64,000 nt of DNA, taken from the NCBI RefSeq assembly GCF_036588685.1, contig NC_086386.1:23870001-23934000 (forward strand). Reading direction: 5' to 3'. The notes under the pieces were generated by a model. That model did no database searches. It was not told the DNA's origin and saw nothing but the letters and a program-made list of their open reading frames with translations. Positions 38,601 to 53,600 of the stretch are shown here, piece after piece; the stretch's first letter is position 1, and each line of letters begins with the position of its first letter. The DNA comes from Mytilus trossulus. Lineage: Eukaryota. The position numbers were made by a program, and so were the translations under genes.

Positions 38601-41600
38601 AGCAGAATGCATCCGCTACATAAATATTGGCTCTTTTTGACAATACAATGCACATATATCGGGCACTTGCATCATAAGGTCATGCTAAATTACTGAAATC
38701 TGCAAAGTTTTAGCATTTTAGTTACATTTTAGACGGTTTCCGTCTTAAAATGAAAGTGGCCACATTCGTGCTCATTCAATATATTGAAATGTAAGTTGTA
38801 TTTGATGATAATACATAACATATATAAAGATTGAGGATGAACACGGATGCGTCCACTTCATTTTTGACAAAAACCTTCTAAAAAGTGACGTTTTTTTCAT
38901 ATTTTAGCTTGAATCGGAGCGTTTTTAATGACTAAATAAGTTACAATCATTCACCTGAACTAATCGAATCAATTAATAAAGTAATTTTTAAAGTGTTAAA
39001 AAAGTGTCCAAAATCTTTCCTTAGATGAACCTGAAATATGAGGCCAAAATCGGCCCTTACCGGACCTACTCCTTTAACCAAAACGTGTACACAATCGTCA
39101 TAGGGTAATGTGGGTTCTTTATATTCGTTGAATACCATTTTTTGTGGATTTCGGGGATACAGAAGAACAATGAATTCAAATGTGCAACGAAATACAAATT
39201 TTCTTAAAGATTGTATGCAGACTTCACCAAAAACCACGAAATTTGATATCCACGAATACGCAAGTTTTTTTTTCAATCCACGAAAATTTGTGCCCTCGAA
39301 AATAAATGAATTCACAGTCTTATGTACCTCTCTGTCAACCAGCATGACCGACATGGGTTTTAAAAAACAAAGGGATAAAAAACACGTGCTTTTTCTATTT
39401 GTTTGAAACCACTTTATAAAGACATGATAGAGAAAACTGATTTGGGTATAATTTGATAAAAATATTTAGTATGTGTATCTCAACCTACATGTATTTTTCG
39501 TTTGTAAAAGCATCTCTCACATGAACTCCTAAAAGAATAATTACCCTAAGTGACACATTTCGCCATTAATTTTGTTAACATGATTATGTCAAACACCATT
39601 ATAAATAGACTGATACTTTTAAAGCAAACATCATCAGTAAAGAACAGCTCTACAAATAGGTCATATCAATCAAAACGTCTAGACAACTCCTTCGTTACAG
39701 CCCTTTAATAACGATTTATCAATTATGTCGAAATCGTCAGTTAATTCTTAAATGAGTAATTCCTTTGTTATGACGGATTTAATTACAGTACCAATTGTTG
39801 GCGATGCAGCTTTGCTGTATACGCATATACACCATGTATACGAAACTCAATATATGATATAATTTACAATGAAGTAAACTAGAATTTTTTAACGGGTGAT
39901 ATCAATGTCAATGAGATAGTAATCCATGACAAAACAAAATCTTAAATAGACAACTTCATGTATACACAGATGTGCAAGTCAATAAGATTGAATACGAAGA
40001 TGTGGTATGATTGCAAACGCGACAACATTCCACGATACAGGATCAATGTAAGGGTATTATTCAGTTGTCAATAACCAGCAATATTCTTACCGTATAGAAC
40101 ATTGTAGTAGGCTATATAAGTGTCTGTTTAGTTGATTTGAAGTCTATAATGGTTGATATCTAGTAACTGTTCTGAGCTGTTTTCTCTGACCTGTTAACAA
40201 AACTTTTAATTTTTGAAAAAAAAAATAAGGCTCAGGAATAGATTACCTTAGCTGTGATTGGCATAACTTTTAGGATTTTTTTTTATCCTCAATGCCCTTC
40301 AACTTCGTACTTTATTTGACCATTTTAACATTTTTGTTATTCGAACGTAAATAACGAGTCTTATGTAGGCACGGCTATTGATAATATACAATTTCAATCA
40401 TGGTATATATTATGAGTTTATATATGACATAGAATTGCTCTCGGAAAAGCACAAGGATTTTGTCGAAACGAACAAAACTAGAACAAGTAGTGTCCCAGTA
40501 AACAATCCAACGTTGAAATTACGTCGTGACAACGTAATTTCGTGGACTCCAAGGCACGTACTGACGACTATCCACACAAAGTTGGCACAACGTAATTTGT
40601 GACGTAATTTATTACCTTCATAGGACGTTGTAACAACGTTGCAACTCAACTGTAAATGACCCTTGTCCTCATTTGATTGATAAGAGCAATAAAATTCCAG
40701 TAAAAAAGTAAACAGGGTCTTTATTTTCTTCTTTTCACCTGTCAAACCGAACAACAAGCTATAAAGGACCCCAAAGTTACTAGTGTAAAACCATTCAATC
40801 TGGAAACCCAACAGTATAACCAATAAAAAAAAACCCAAGAAACACATATAAATTGCCAGCAGTGTATAATATAGTTCCAAAAGTGTTTTTTTACCTTTTT
40901 GCCAGGTTTTAATATCAAATATAGTTTTATTTAATTCATGTTTCACACAGTTTTAAGGTTAAAGTATTCGATTTATATTTTGCAATACTAGTACTGAAGT
41001 ACAAGATTTACACATTTCCATTTAACAAAAGCAACTTTCCTTCAAAAATTCAATACATAATGCATGTACTATTAAAAAAGTGATATTTTGTATGATGGCC
41101 AATGAGACAACTCTCTATCCTAAAATCAAATATAAATGATGTTAGCAATTAAGGTAAATGTGCAGCCTTCAACACGACACTTTGGTACAAGCTGCAACTT
41201 CTAAATGTTTAGGGTTTCAGTGTCCTAGACTAATAATTTCACTATATGATGGTGGAAATTCTAGAATGTAGATTTCATTTTGACAAAGGGAAACATTTTT
41301 TAATGAATTATTCAGAAGTACAAAAAATACCACTTATACCTTAATATTTACTGTAGAATCATTCAGTTAGATTCACTACACACGCGGACGAGCTAGGAAA
41401 AATGTTTGGAAAAAGTCCCCAAAGTCAATAGTTTACAAATATATATTCTACACAACTTATACACACCTCTAAAAATATCCCAAGATGAAGAAAATACCTG
41501 AAATTCATTCGAACTTACTATTGCTTTTTTCCATTGACCAACCAGAAATAGACCTTTCCAAAAGTCAGGACTTCTTTTTTCTTAGGTACATGAACCAAAA

Positions 41601-44600
41601 CAAAAATAATAATATGTTTCTGATTTTTTGTAATTTTATTCCAAATTCTAGTCTTGTGTTGGTTGTATGCAAAACATTCAAACTTTTGGTTTTCTGCCCT
41701 CTCATCAGCTGACCAGTCTTGTGAAGGTTTCCGGTCTCTGAAAACAAAATCATAAATTATAAAATGATAGTAAAAAAATTTCTATCACAACTTTAGAACA
41801 ACAGCAGTTCTTAAAAAATATCCATGTGTAAACATAATCAAAAATTTTTATGCTGGTCATATGATATATCTTGCAGACTCATAATCATGTTGTGTTGTTA
41901 CTGAGATGCTTGTATCTTTGCCAATTTATATACATATTTTGATAATGTATGTTAGAAATTTTAACATAATTTCAGCAGTATATGATAATTTATAACTTTT
42001 AGTTAACCTTTGTCCTTGTTAAAAAAAGAAAATATGTTAATGAAATTATGATTGTTCCACAAAATACTTAGTCCACCCCTAGGGACGACCTTTTTTTTAA
42101 ACCCCAGCACAGACAGAATTAAAAATATATAAGAACAACACTCCCTTTGCATTTTGGTATTTCAAAAACAAAACCACACCCGTAAACAGGCGTATTAAAA
42201 GGAAGTATGGTTTCTCAAAATTGTCATTCATCAATCAATTTAAGATATTCATAGGATTTTCCCTTAATCTGACATGTTAATAAATTTATTATTCACATCA
42301 TAACAGCAAGACATTACACTACAGGTTGGGTAGAGTTTGCTTTGTCTATCGTCCATAGTAGGAGTGGGCACCGGGTGGGCAAAATTTCTAGCTTGTTTTT
42401 ATCAAAAGACTGGCAAACTTACAATCAATTGAAACAAACAGATAAGCAATTATAATCAATATTTTTACAACAAAAAAAGATGATAGCTGGAGTGGGCACG
42501 GGTGGGCTGTCCACGGTTGGCCGTCGGAAAAAACAAAATCCATCCAGGCTGTTGTGTATATCATATGCCAATGAACTCAATCTTATTATTATCTATAAAA
42601 TCAACAAATCATAATTTAATATATAAAATTAATTAAAGAAAAATGTGTACATGAGCCACAAATGATGTTATTAAAGTACATAACTTAAAAAGAACAGTTA
42701 AACAGATGCTCTCAAAAATCAAACTCTGCGTTGTGTGATAACGAGCATGTATAAATGTATATAAATTTCATAACATGTGGTTCAGGCAAACTAAAGTTAG
42801 AGATCATAAACCAATTTTGAGTTCAATGTACATCTATGTAGTACATACACGATACAGTACAAGACCAAAACTATATCACCCAGTGAAGGATGGCACAAAA
42901 AGGGCTGATCAACTGATATTTACCTTTTGATATCTTGGTCCATCCTTTTGAGCTGGTGCATGCTTAAATTGTAAGTATTACTGCAATGCATTTCACAACC
43001 TCAGACACATTGGATCCGTTGATTTTTATACAAGATTCTGGAAAAAAATCAAAAATGCATTCAATTATCTTCTATATTGATTCGTCTGTGTACATTTACA
43101 TGCGTTTCAGTCCAACAAATCTTTGGGAGAACCAGGTACATGTTAGTGAATAACTTACATGCATTCCATATGAAAATTCATGAGTTTTATGATTGATAAC
43201 ATTTTGTATGACATTGTTTGTGATCACATATTTAGTGAGTTTATTGATAAGCATGTACATTTTACACCATAAATTGAATAGCAAAAAAGACGTCCCTATA
43301 TATACTGTTTTTTTAAATCCCAGTAAACTGGGTTTTACCCTTACAGCAGGAAAATTTTACACGTGGATCCTAGTCTAAATAATTATGACATCTTGGAAGG
43401 CTATTTCATTTTATTTTTCTGTGACGCCTATCTACGACAGTCTTTATTGGCACACTTGTCTATTCCCATGTCAGCCCCAGTTATACATTAATCGACTGTT
43501 GGCTTCATTATGTCCAGTGGCAAATATTTCATGCAAGTCTTGGACGACCACCAGTGATACAGTCTTCACGCTGAGTGGCAGCCCAGGCTTATAAAATTGT
43601 TATCAGGCCTGTAAAAATCATATCTACAGCAGGGGCGGATCCAGCCATTTAAAAAGGGGGTTCCCAACCCAGGACAAAAGGGGGGTTCCAGCTATATGTT
43701 CCCATTCAAATGCTTGATCGTCCCAAAAAAGGGGGGGTTCCAACCCCCGGAACCCCCCAATGGATCCGCGCCTGTACAGGTCAACAGAAATCTGAGCTCT
43801 GTCCTCCCTCTTTTTTTACTTTCTACATTCAATTGCTTAATATTTCTTAAAAACAACACAAGTTAATAGAGCAGTTTGAAAAATGGATTCATATAACACA
43901 TATTCTGGCTAAAATATCTTGTACAATGCACCAGTGCAATAATATATTGACAGTAAAGAAGTATCAAATTTCAACACGGTCACCAGTCAACAGATTTTAA
44001 CGAGGCGCCCTACACGGCAACATATGTTTTATTTTCTTGAATCATACTACACGGCAACATATGTTTTATTTTCTTGAATCATACTTGTTGTGATCATGGA
44101 AAATCTTTTTTACGTAATGTGCAATTTATATATTACCTATTTCTTTGTTCTAGAATCTGAATCGAGCTAAATTTTACTGCAAATTTTATCAGTTTTAAAA
44201 AATCAGGCGGTAAAAGTGCGCATGCTCAGAGTTTTTGTAGTATGCGGCGGTAAAACCCGAGGACTGCTGAACGTTCCACTATTATAAAACGATTATCAAA
44301 TTATCAAAAATAATAAATGAGGCATTGAAAAAACATTAATGATATATTAAACAATAAATATTCTTATAAAATATTTATTTAAGAACATTTCATTTGTATT
44401 TGTAATATTTTCTTGTACATTTTGGTGCAACAAATTTAATTATGTCTGTGCGGGTAAAAGGGGGGAATTTTTGAAAATCGAAAAAAATCGTGAAAACATT
44501 TCATTGAAGGTGAATGATATATCTAGGAAGACTCATAACCATAAATTTGTTTCTAAAACCAGAATTAAATGTGTCAGCTGGTATTTACAGGTTTGTTCAC

Positions 44601-47600
44601 TACGTTGTTATAATACTGACACAACGTAACAAAATGTTACGTCGGATAATGACAGTTATAAGCACGTTGTCACAACGTAATAAAATGTTACGTCCTGACA
44701 GGGTACTAAATTTACGTAAATTCGACGTAATTTTACTACGTCGTCTGTACGTTTGCATCCAACGTTGGGTTTTTACGTTCCCACGACGTTGGTACGACGT
44801 ACACTCAAGACATGACGTTCAGACGACAATGCATCGACGTTGGGAGTACGTCGTGTGTTTACTGGGGTAATATTTGTAAATAAATGGTAATTTCACGAAC
44901 AAAAAACCCCAGCTTCTCAACATTTTATATTACCTGTCAAGAAACATCATGAAAAATGGACTGTCAGTACTAAATCAGGTAGAATAAAAATATGCAACAC
45001 AAATAACACTTTGCCATCCTTGTTAAATACGAGAAACACCCGACAGCATGCAATTAAAAGCCCTACCGTTTGATGATCGAAACAGTAAAACAAGTTTTTT
45101 TTGTCTCGCGTTGACTTAAATTACAGATTGATCATTATGAATGAGCATTAACAAACGACAATCACTGAGCATCAAGCTCCTGATGTAGGACAAGTTATCG
45201 TGGTGTTTTGTCTGATGATTGGTCTGTTTCTGTGTGTGTTGCGTTTCGGTGTTGTGTCGTTGTTCTCCTCTTATATTTAATGCATTTCGCTCGGTTTTGG
45301 TTTAAATTGTTACCCCGATTTTGTTTTTTGTTCATGGATTTATGAGTTTTGAACAGCGGTATACTACTGTTGCCTTTATTTATAAAAATGCAGCTACTAT
45401 AAAACATCAAATGAAATGTCAATACTCGATAAAGTAGACATTTAAAGATGCAATGATGGAATGGAATTAGACAATGACGCAATATAAATTCAGTATTGAA
45501 ACATGGTTGACTTTATAAAAGAGCTGTTACAACTAATAATAAAAAGCAAAAGACAAAGTGGCAGTAAGACCCCTTTTATGTTGGACAAAATGGCGTTAAA
45601 TAAATCTGCAAAGTTAATTTAGATAAAGGTAATGTTCTTCAGCCGATTTCGGAAATACATATTTTTTAATTAATACATATGTCGTTTGTACAGATGTGAC
45701 AATTCATCGTCAAACTAAAGAATTACCAAAAGTTGTACAATAGATAAACATAAAGTTATAGAAATGCATTACAAATTAGATATAAACAGTTAAGCACGAA
45801 AGTACGATTTTAGTGTACTCGTAGATACCTAAAGCGACTTGAGGTAGATGCGTAGTTTCAATAATAATACATTTATTGTTTTCAATAATTTGCAAACTGT
45901 AGTTTATATTTGTCTTCTTAAATAATGGGTCAAGGGTCTTATTTTCACGCTACAGGTTGTGCAAAATTGACAGTTATTGTATTGAGTATACATGTACATG
46001 GACATTCTATTTTTCTGTCATTAAACGAAATCAACACTATAGAATCTTAAAATGGAATATTAGAAGATAGCCTTTATATTATGCTTTCAGATAAGAAAAT
46101 GACAAAATAGGGTCACGCGACCAGTTTTCTTACTACATAAAAATAGGTAAATTCGCAACACATTCTAATGTAAAAGTAACTCTATCTGTACTATCTGCCC
46201 TTACAATTGAGTTGCCTCCCCTTATGTGGCAAAGTCTGAAATAAAGAAACAAAAGTATTCTATTTCTTGTCAAGTACAAACAAAGATATGATAAAACATG
46301 TCAGGTTCTATATAGAAATAAAAATTCTTGCACATGAGTTCCCTAATACTCTTAAATTTGGAAATTTTATTAAGGATCTAGAACGCTTGTTTCCTAGTAT
46401 TTTAAACTCCGAGATGGAGAAAGGCACCCTTTAAAACAAACAACATTTAACATCAGAATATCGTATAAAATACTAAAATAACTTCAAACACGTCATAAGG
46501 CGATCATACCTCAACATATTATGTTTGTTTAAACGCAAGGGACAATCCAAGAAGACATGACTTGTGCAATGCCAACATAAAAGTGTCCACAGGCAGTAGG
46601 ATCATGAGGATATTACATTATAAAAGATATGTTTCATGTTATATATAGATAAAGCAATACCTGAATAGAAAAAACGTGGATGTGCTTTTAAATTTCCCAA
46701 AATTCGAGAAAAAAGTGAAAATTTAGTTATGTTTTGTTCTTTTATCTCATTTTCTTGTTTTTTGGTCAATGTAAGGTTTAATATGTTAATCTTATACTAT
46801 AAGCAATATGATGCTTGGAGAATCAAAATATTTCTTAACTGGTATTTCATTGAACTTTCATTTATAAGAAAGATCTAATGAAATGACTAAATTACACTTT
46901 TTTTTACTTAAAACGGATGGATATTTTTTATAATATATTGAAAGTTTTGAATATCAAATATGTTTACCGTGTTATATAAGAAGATAAGAAGTTAACAATA
47001 TCCTTTAACACTATTTTCCGCTATAAAGATGACGTTCTATCACTGAATAATTCACAATTTGGTGACTATGTTGATCGCATCTATCCAATCGACCTAAAGA
47101 TAAAGAATACAAAAGATACAGTTGGCTTCATATCTTGACTTACATCTAGAAATTTACAATGATGGTCGGTTGAAAACAAAACTTTGTGACAAAAGACATG
47201 ATTTCAGTTTTCCAATTGTGAACTTTTCATTTCTAAGTAGCAACATTTCAGCAGCACCTGCGTCCGTGTTAGAAATCTCCCAATTGATACTATCTATTCC
47301 CATGCTTGTATTTTCAATCATACTTTTCTTGATAGAGGGTTGCTGTTCACAAGGAAGCTATTAAATCAAGAGTTCCAAATGGTGTAGTTGAAATCAAGCT
47401 TCGTAAATTTAACAGACGCCATAATGAGTTGGTTGACCGTTATGGGATAAGCGTTTCACAAATGAAATCGGATATTTTCCTTACGTCTTACCTACTTTCC
47501 CCTTCACTTTCATGAATGTGACCTACCGAATTGAAATATGTACCGGATTCGGTATAACATGAGCAACACGATGGGGTGCCACATGTGGAGCGCGGTCTGC

Positions 47601-50600
47601 CTACCCTTCCGGAGCACCTGAGATCATCCTTAGTTTTTGGTGGGGTTCGTGCTGCTTATTCTTTAGTTTTCTATGTTGTGTCATGTGTACTAATGTTTGT
47701 CTGTTTGTCTTTTTGATTTTTACCCATGGCGCGTTGTCAGTTTATTTTCGATTGATGGCTGTCCCGGTGGTAGCTTTCTTATCTATTTTATTTTTCTTTT
47801 GTTATTATTTTATTATGTAGTAAAATGAAATTAAAAACATGAAATCGATGATACATTACCTTAGAAAATGAAGTTCGGAAAATTGAGAAATTCCACAGTA
47901 ACCATTGTGACAGTCAGGTCAATAGACATCGTTTTTTATAAAAGAACAATCCATTTTTTACGTTACAAATTTAAGTTATTCTTTTTAGTTGTGTTTTATT
48001 ATCCAATATTTAGTTATGATGAATAAAGAAATCGTTAAATCATTATTTGTGGAAATTTCAACTTTAATGATCAAAACTAAAAGATTATATTTATTCCGTT
48101 TTACGATTAAGAACGGTGAACAATTTTCAAAGATTAGATACAGTATTTTTCAATTGGTTCAAGTTCAATTTGTTTGATGCAATTCTAAATAATTTATTAA
48201 AACAAAATTGCAGTGAAGCTTCAAATATTTTTATATTAACTTATGACTGTTATCAAAATGATTTGAATTGTTCTATTTTGATTTTAAGAATTAATGCTGA
48301 AGGTAAATCCTAATTGGTACACATCGACGCAACAATTAATATGATGTGTTACTTTTGGTTATGTTATATGAAAGATCTGTTTCTTTACTGTGGATTCATT
48401 TTTTTTCGTGGATACCAATTTTCGTGGGTTGCTGAAAACTTGTCTTTTCGTGGATGTTTGATTTCGTTGTTTTGTCAAAGTCTGCACACACCCTAATACA
48501 AAATTTGTTATTTGTTGAACATTTAAATTCGTGGTTCACCCGAACCCACGAAAACCACGATAATTGGTATCCAACGAATAAAAATGAATTCACAGTAATT
48601 CCGTTATTTTATAGGAATTAATGTCACAATCACAATCCATTTTGACCAAACTAAGCCAGTTAAATAGAGGGGATTTTAAGGCTCTTATCGCTCTGGGAAC
48701 ATTTGCTTCCTACGAAAATAGGGTGTACTTGGCTGGACCTTGTAATATTGGAAAATCGTCCCTAGCAAGTATTCTAATTGGCGAGGAAATTCCGAAGACA
48801 TGGTGTTCAACTGATGGACTGATTATTCATTTTGGAAGAAATGGCATCGATTTACAACGCCGAAAAATGATTCCTTTGAAAAAAGGTAAATGAGACATAT
48901 TATTTTATAAGGATGATTATTTTCAGCTAGAAAATATGGATTGACAGACCTAGATGATTAACAATATTGATTTATTCAGCTTTTTTCAAGTTGCTTATCT
49001 GGATCAAGCATGACAAATGTACAGTTTAAGTGTTCCACAAAATGTTTGAATTAAAGTTAATGTTGCAAACTTTTGTTACTATCTAGGTATTCGTTTTACT
49101 CGTTGATTCCGGATTATCAATATGGCATTTATAATGAAAGGTTTAGTTTCTAGTTTGCATAGACAGCGTTATATAATTCAAATTAGTTTAACCTTAAAAG
49201 AACCGTACTACTGTTTTCCTAAAGAGTTGCATGTTTATACTACAATCCACATACGTTATAGTTTATCCATCATTTGTCTTCCAATATTCATGGTTTTTAA
49301 AGATGAATCAGAATAAGGGCTTCAACACAGAATTCTTTATATTTCTAATAATCCTTGGCTTACATTTTTTTTACTATATTAGGTAGGGGTGATATTCTAA
49401 CAAAACTTCTACTTGGAAATCCCGCATTAAAAGATCATCAAAAGAAGAGACTTCCTGGTGCATATCCGATAGAACAGCATGTTGATGAACATAAAGGGGA
49501 CGGCTCAGGTAATTCGATATCAAATCTTGTATCTAAAATATTTAGAACGAGGACTGATAAACCTCCACCAAAACAGCAACGAGAAAAACCAAATGCAACA
49601 AAAACAAGTCGGGAGACTTTTAAAAGCTCTCACGATCAACCAATTCATACAGCTAATTCCATTCAAGATGACCTGCTGGTAAGGAGTAAGAATGGAAATT
49701 ATCGTATGAATATAGCACCTTCTGATTTGGTCGATTTTGGTGGACAAAAATCATTTGATATGACTCATCAGTTATTTATCCAGCACAGGGGGACATTCAT
49801 TCTGATGTTTGATGGACGTTTTGGCCTTCATAGTGAATTAGAAGAATATCCACAAGGAGATGTCACAGCAGCATGTAAGATACTTCAATTGTACCATTGA
49901 GTTCATATACCCTAGTGATCATAACGAGTTAGTTGAATGCATATATTGAATATACAAATGATGCTCACATTTCTATTCAAAAATCAATGTCTCACTTTTA
50001 AGGTTTAAAGCAATAAATATAAATCGTTTTTGAGATACGGCGCGACATGTGAAAAAACTCCTCCCAGTTATAGTCCCGTAACCCAAAACTTATTATATTT
50101 TCACCAAAAGAAATACGTTTGACCATCATAAGAAGCAGCTATATCAAGATTCATGAAATGTTTTGAAATGGTTCTCAAGTTACAGTGCGACATGTGGACG
50201 CCAGACAGACAGACGGACAGACAGGCGAAAAAATGGGCGCCGGACATTTGTATAACAAAACACGTCTAGTCAATATTTGTTGAAGCGTATAAAAGGTCAA
50301 TGAATATCTAATGTTGAAGACGCAGTTTCCTGATTGTTGGTCCTATATTAGAACAAAACTAATCAAATATTTTATTCAAATAACACCTCAGGCCAAACCT
50401 ACATAATTGTTTACCTTGGTGCGCTATCAGTAATCTATTGGTAGTGTACACGTGATTGCCTCTGTTGAAGGAAGTCATTTTTTTTATCAAATGACACTCA
50501 TGTCATGAGTTATCGCGAGCTCCAAATCTTCCCGTAATCTGGAATAGTGTTGAAGCAAGTTCAACATAAGAACAAATTGCAAATGTCACTTGAAATGGGC

Positions 50601-53600
50601 TAAACTCAAAAGATAACACAAAGCATGAAAATAATTAATAAAAAGACACTAAATACTCATAGCTTTTCCAAAGCTCATTTAAAATTTAAGATTTAAGATT
50701 TAAGATTTACAGTGGGTTTGAGAGTTACATACAAAAAAACATGCAAACATTAGGTTTATTTAGATGGTCAGTCATAAATGTCATGATGAACACAAGTGTG
50801 ATTGGCCATTTGCTCCCATAAACTCGAAATTTTGAACCTAGAAAAATATTAAACATTGAAGTCATTCATCACTCATCATGCATCTTCTTTATAATATATA
50901 AAAACTATTGAATAAGCAACACGAACCCCACTAAAACCTATGGGGTGATCTTAGGTAATCCAACAAGTTTAGCAGATCCTGTTCCAAATGTGGCACCCGT
51001 CGTGTTGCTTATGTCATAAAAAATCCAGTAAATAGTCTTATTCGGAAGGTTTCATTTTATTTGGTTTTAAATAACAACTGATCATATTTTGTTAAGATTT
51101 AATTACTTTCAACTTTGTTGAATAAGGGAAACAAATTCAGATAACCTCACGTTTACCACCATAAAGTTTGATTCCTTAAACAACTTTCGCAAAATATTTT
51201 TGTACATTTTTAGTATGTTGTTCATAGATACTGTCTCGTTTTCTAAGAAAAAAAAAGGGTGTTGCTATTAGTTGCATAATGTTAACCAGATTGACAAGCC
51301 TTATGTGTTCTAAAACTCTTTATCTTTCAAGTATTGACTCATTATATTTAACAAAAAGTATGTACACAACGCAGTGAACAAACTCACATTTGAATTATAA
51401 ACCAATTATTTAGAGAACAATTGAAGGTCTTTCCACCTCGATGATAAGAATGAAATTTAAAAAAAGATGTTAGAAAAGGTCACTCCTTGTTGATGTAATT
51501 TGGTACCTCAAACTGATATAAAAAAAGAAGATTAATAGGAATATGCAGAAGACTTAATTAACAAGAAAGAATTTAAAGCAAAGGTCAAAATCTAGAATGT
51601 CAAGCTGACCTTTGACCTTGACCTTTATTTCAAGGTCATAGGTTAGTGATCTAAAATTAAAAGACCCTAGGTAAATCACTTGTATGGATGTGGAGAAATA
51701 CCGATTTCAAATACAAAAGGGGAGATATTCCCATAAGGGTTAACCAAAACACTTCGAATGAAGTAGGTTAAAGTTGCACCTTATTGTAAACAGTAATTTG
51801 GCAAACACGTCATATCATTAACTGTAACAGTTTCTTTTGAATAACGATAACAAGCAAAATTAAAATGTATTACATGACCTTGACCTTTGACCTTGACCTA
51901 AAGGTCATGGGACAGTGAACTCAAATTGGAAGGTCCGAGGTCAATCACTTGTATGGTTGTGGAGGATTAACGATTTCAAATACATAAGGGGAGAAAACTC
52001 CTATAAGGAGATATACAAAACACTTCGACTGAATAGGTTGAAGGTGCGCCTGATTGCAAACAGTAGTTTGGCAAACATATCATATTATTTACTGTAAAAG
52101 TTTCTTTTGAATAACGATAACAAGCAAAAATCAAAATTTATAACATGACCTTGACCTTTGACCTTGACCTCAATTTCCGTCAAATGGACCAAGGACTTCA
52201 TATCAAAAGACTGTAGGCCTGTACGACTTATATTGTTTGAATTTATCCAACATATCGTCTATCCAAAATTTTCAAAGGGAAACAACTCCCAAAAAGATGT
52301 CTTCCGATCACTCCAGTCGAAATAAAACAAATCATTCTTAAGAATAGACGAACAATTTGGTGAGAACAGTTTGTAAAAATCTTTTACGGTTTTAGATATA
52401 TAGCGATAACAAGAAAAAGAGGACGCGGGGAGATAACTCCTATAAGAATAATTGTTCGGTCACACAGGGTGAGTTTTAAAATCCTCATTACTGTACAACA
52501 ACATTGGCCAAACATCCATTCGATTTGTTGTAAAACAAAAAAGCATCTCAGACGGCAGAAGATAAAAAAAAACTAATCAGAAGTGGAAAGACCTTATTAT
52601 GGTCATTTGCCCTTTTATTAGCACCCACGCAACATGGGGAAATAACATATGCAACGTTTGAAACATTGGAACTCTGTTACTGATCTTTACAGTATCTTTT
52701 TTATCGAGAAGTTGATCGATTTAAAACAAATCAAATACCATACTTTAATTTTATATTTATAAGAACTAGATATTTTTTTGCAGCCATTCTTTTGCATTGG
52801 ATAAACTCTGTATTGACTTACTGTAACAAAAGCGAGGACAAAATGCCAAGAATTGTGTTTGCTGCAACCCATAGCGATAAATTCTCTGAGGTATGTTTGA
52901 ATCGATCATTGATGTCAGTAATTGCTGGCAAGTTTTTTCACAACTACAACTACAAAACTACAAACACAAGTAGAGATAACATGGTTATATAGATCGGTGT
53001 TTCTCTTAATGTCATTCGCCCTGGGCTTTTATTTAGCCATTTGTTTTCCCGCGTAACGCGTTGTAGTAGACATGGAAAAAACGGCCGCCCGTCCAACCAT
53101 CCGGTCTTGTTACTCTTTTCGCAGGTATAAAACCTGTTTTATAAGTTACTTTAGTAATATATCTGTTACAATGGTGGGCAACTGACCATCTTTATATGAG
53201 TTTTTCTCTTTGCAAATATTAAATACGCGAACTATATCTATAATAATGCTTGCGGTACCTTTTAAAGTAAAAAAAATAAAACAAATTCAGATGGGTGTTT
53301 CAAAAATAAATTTGGACATTAAAAAAAAACAACCGGAGATTCACAGTTGACATGATTGTTGTGAACGATTATAGGTAGGATTAAATACTTAGTATTGTGA
53401 ATTTTTTGCATTGCTATGAGTAACAATTTATGACAAAGACCCATCGAAACAACATCTGATACAAACATTTAATAATACTTTTAAATATTTTGATGACATA
53501 TTGGCTCTCAATAATTACGACTTCAGTATGTATACTAAACAAATTTATCCTGTTGAACTTACTTTAAATAAAGCTAATACTAACAATGACCACTGCTCTT

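Noticed and set aside
40330-40380. Third canonical hammerhead
   Set aside because: Both the CUGAUGA and GAAA cores are destroyed; it is a decayed retrozyme copy.
40410-40946. 178-aa hydrophobic ORF
   Set aside because: It spans a transposon end and a common repeat fragment; no domain signal.
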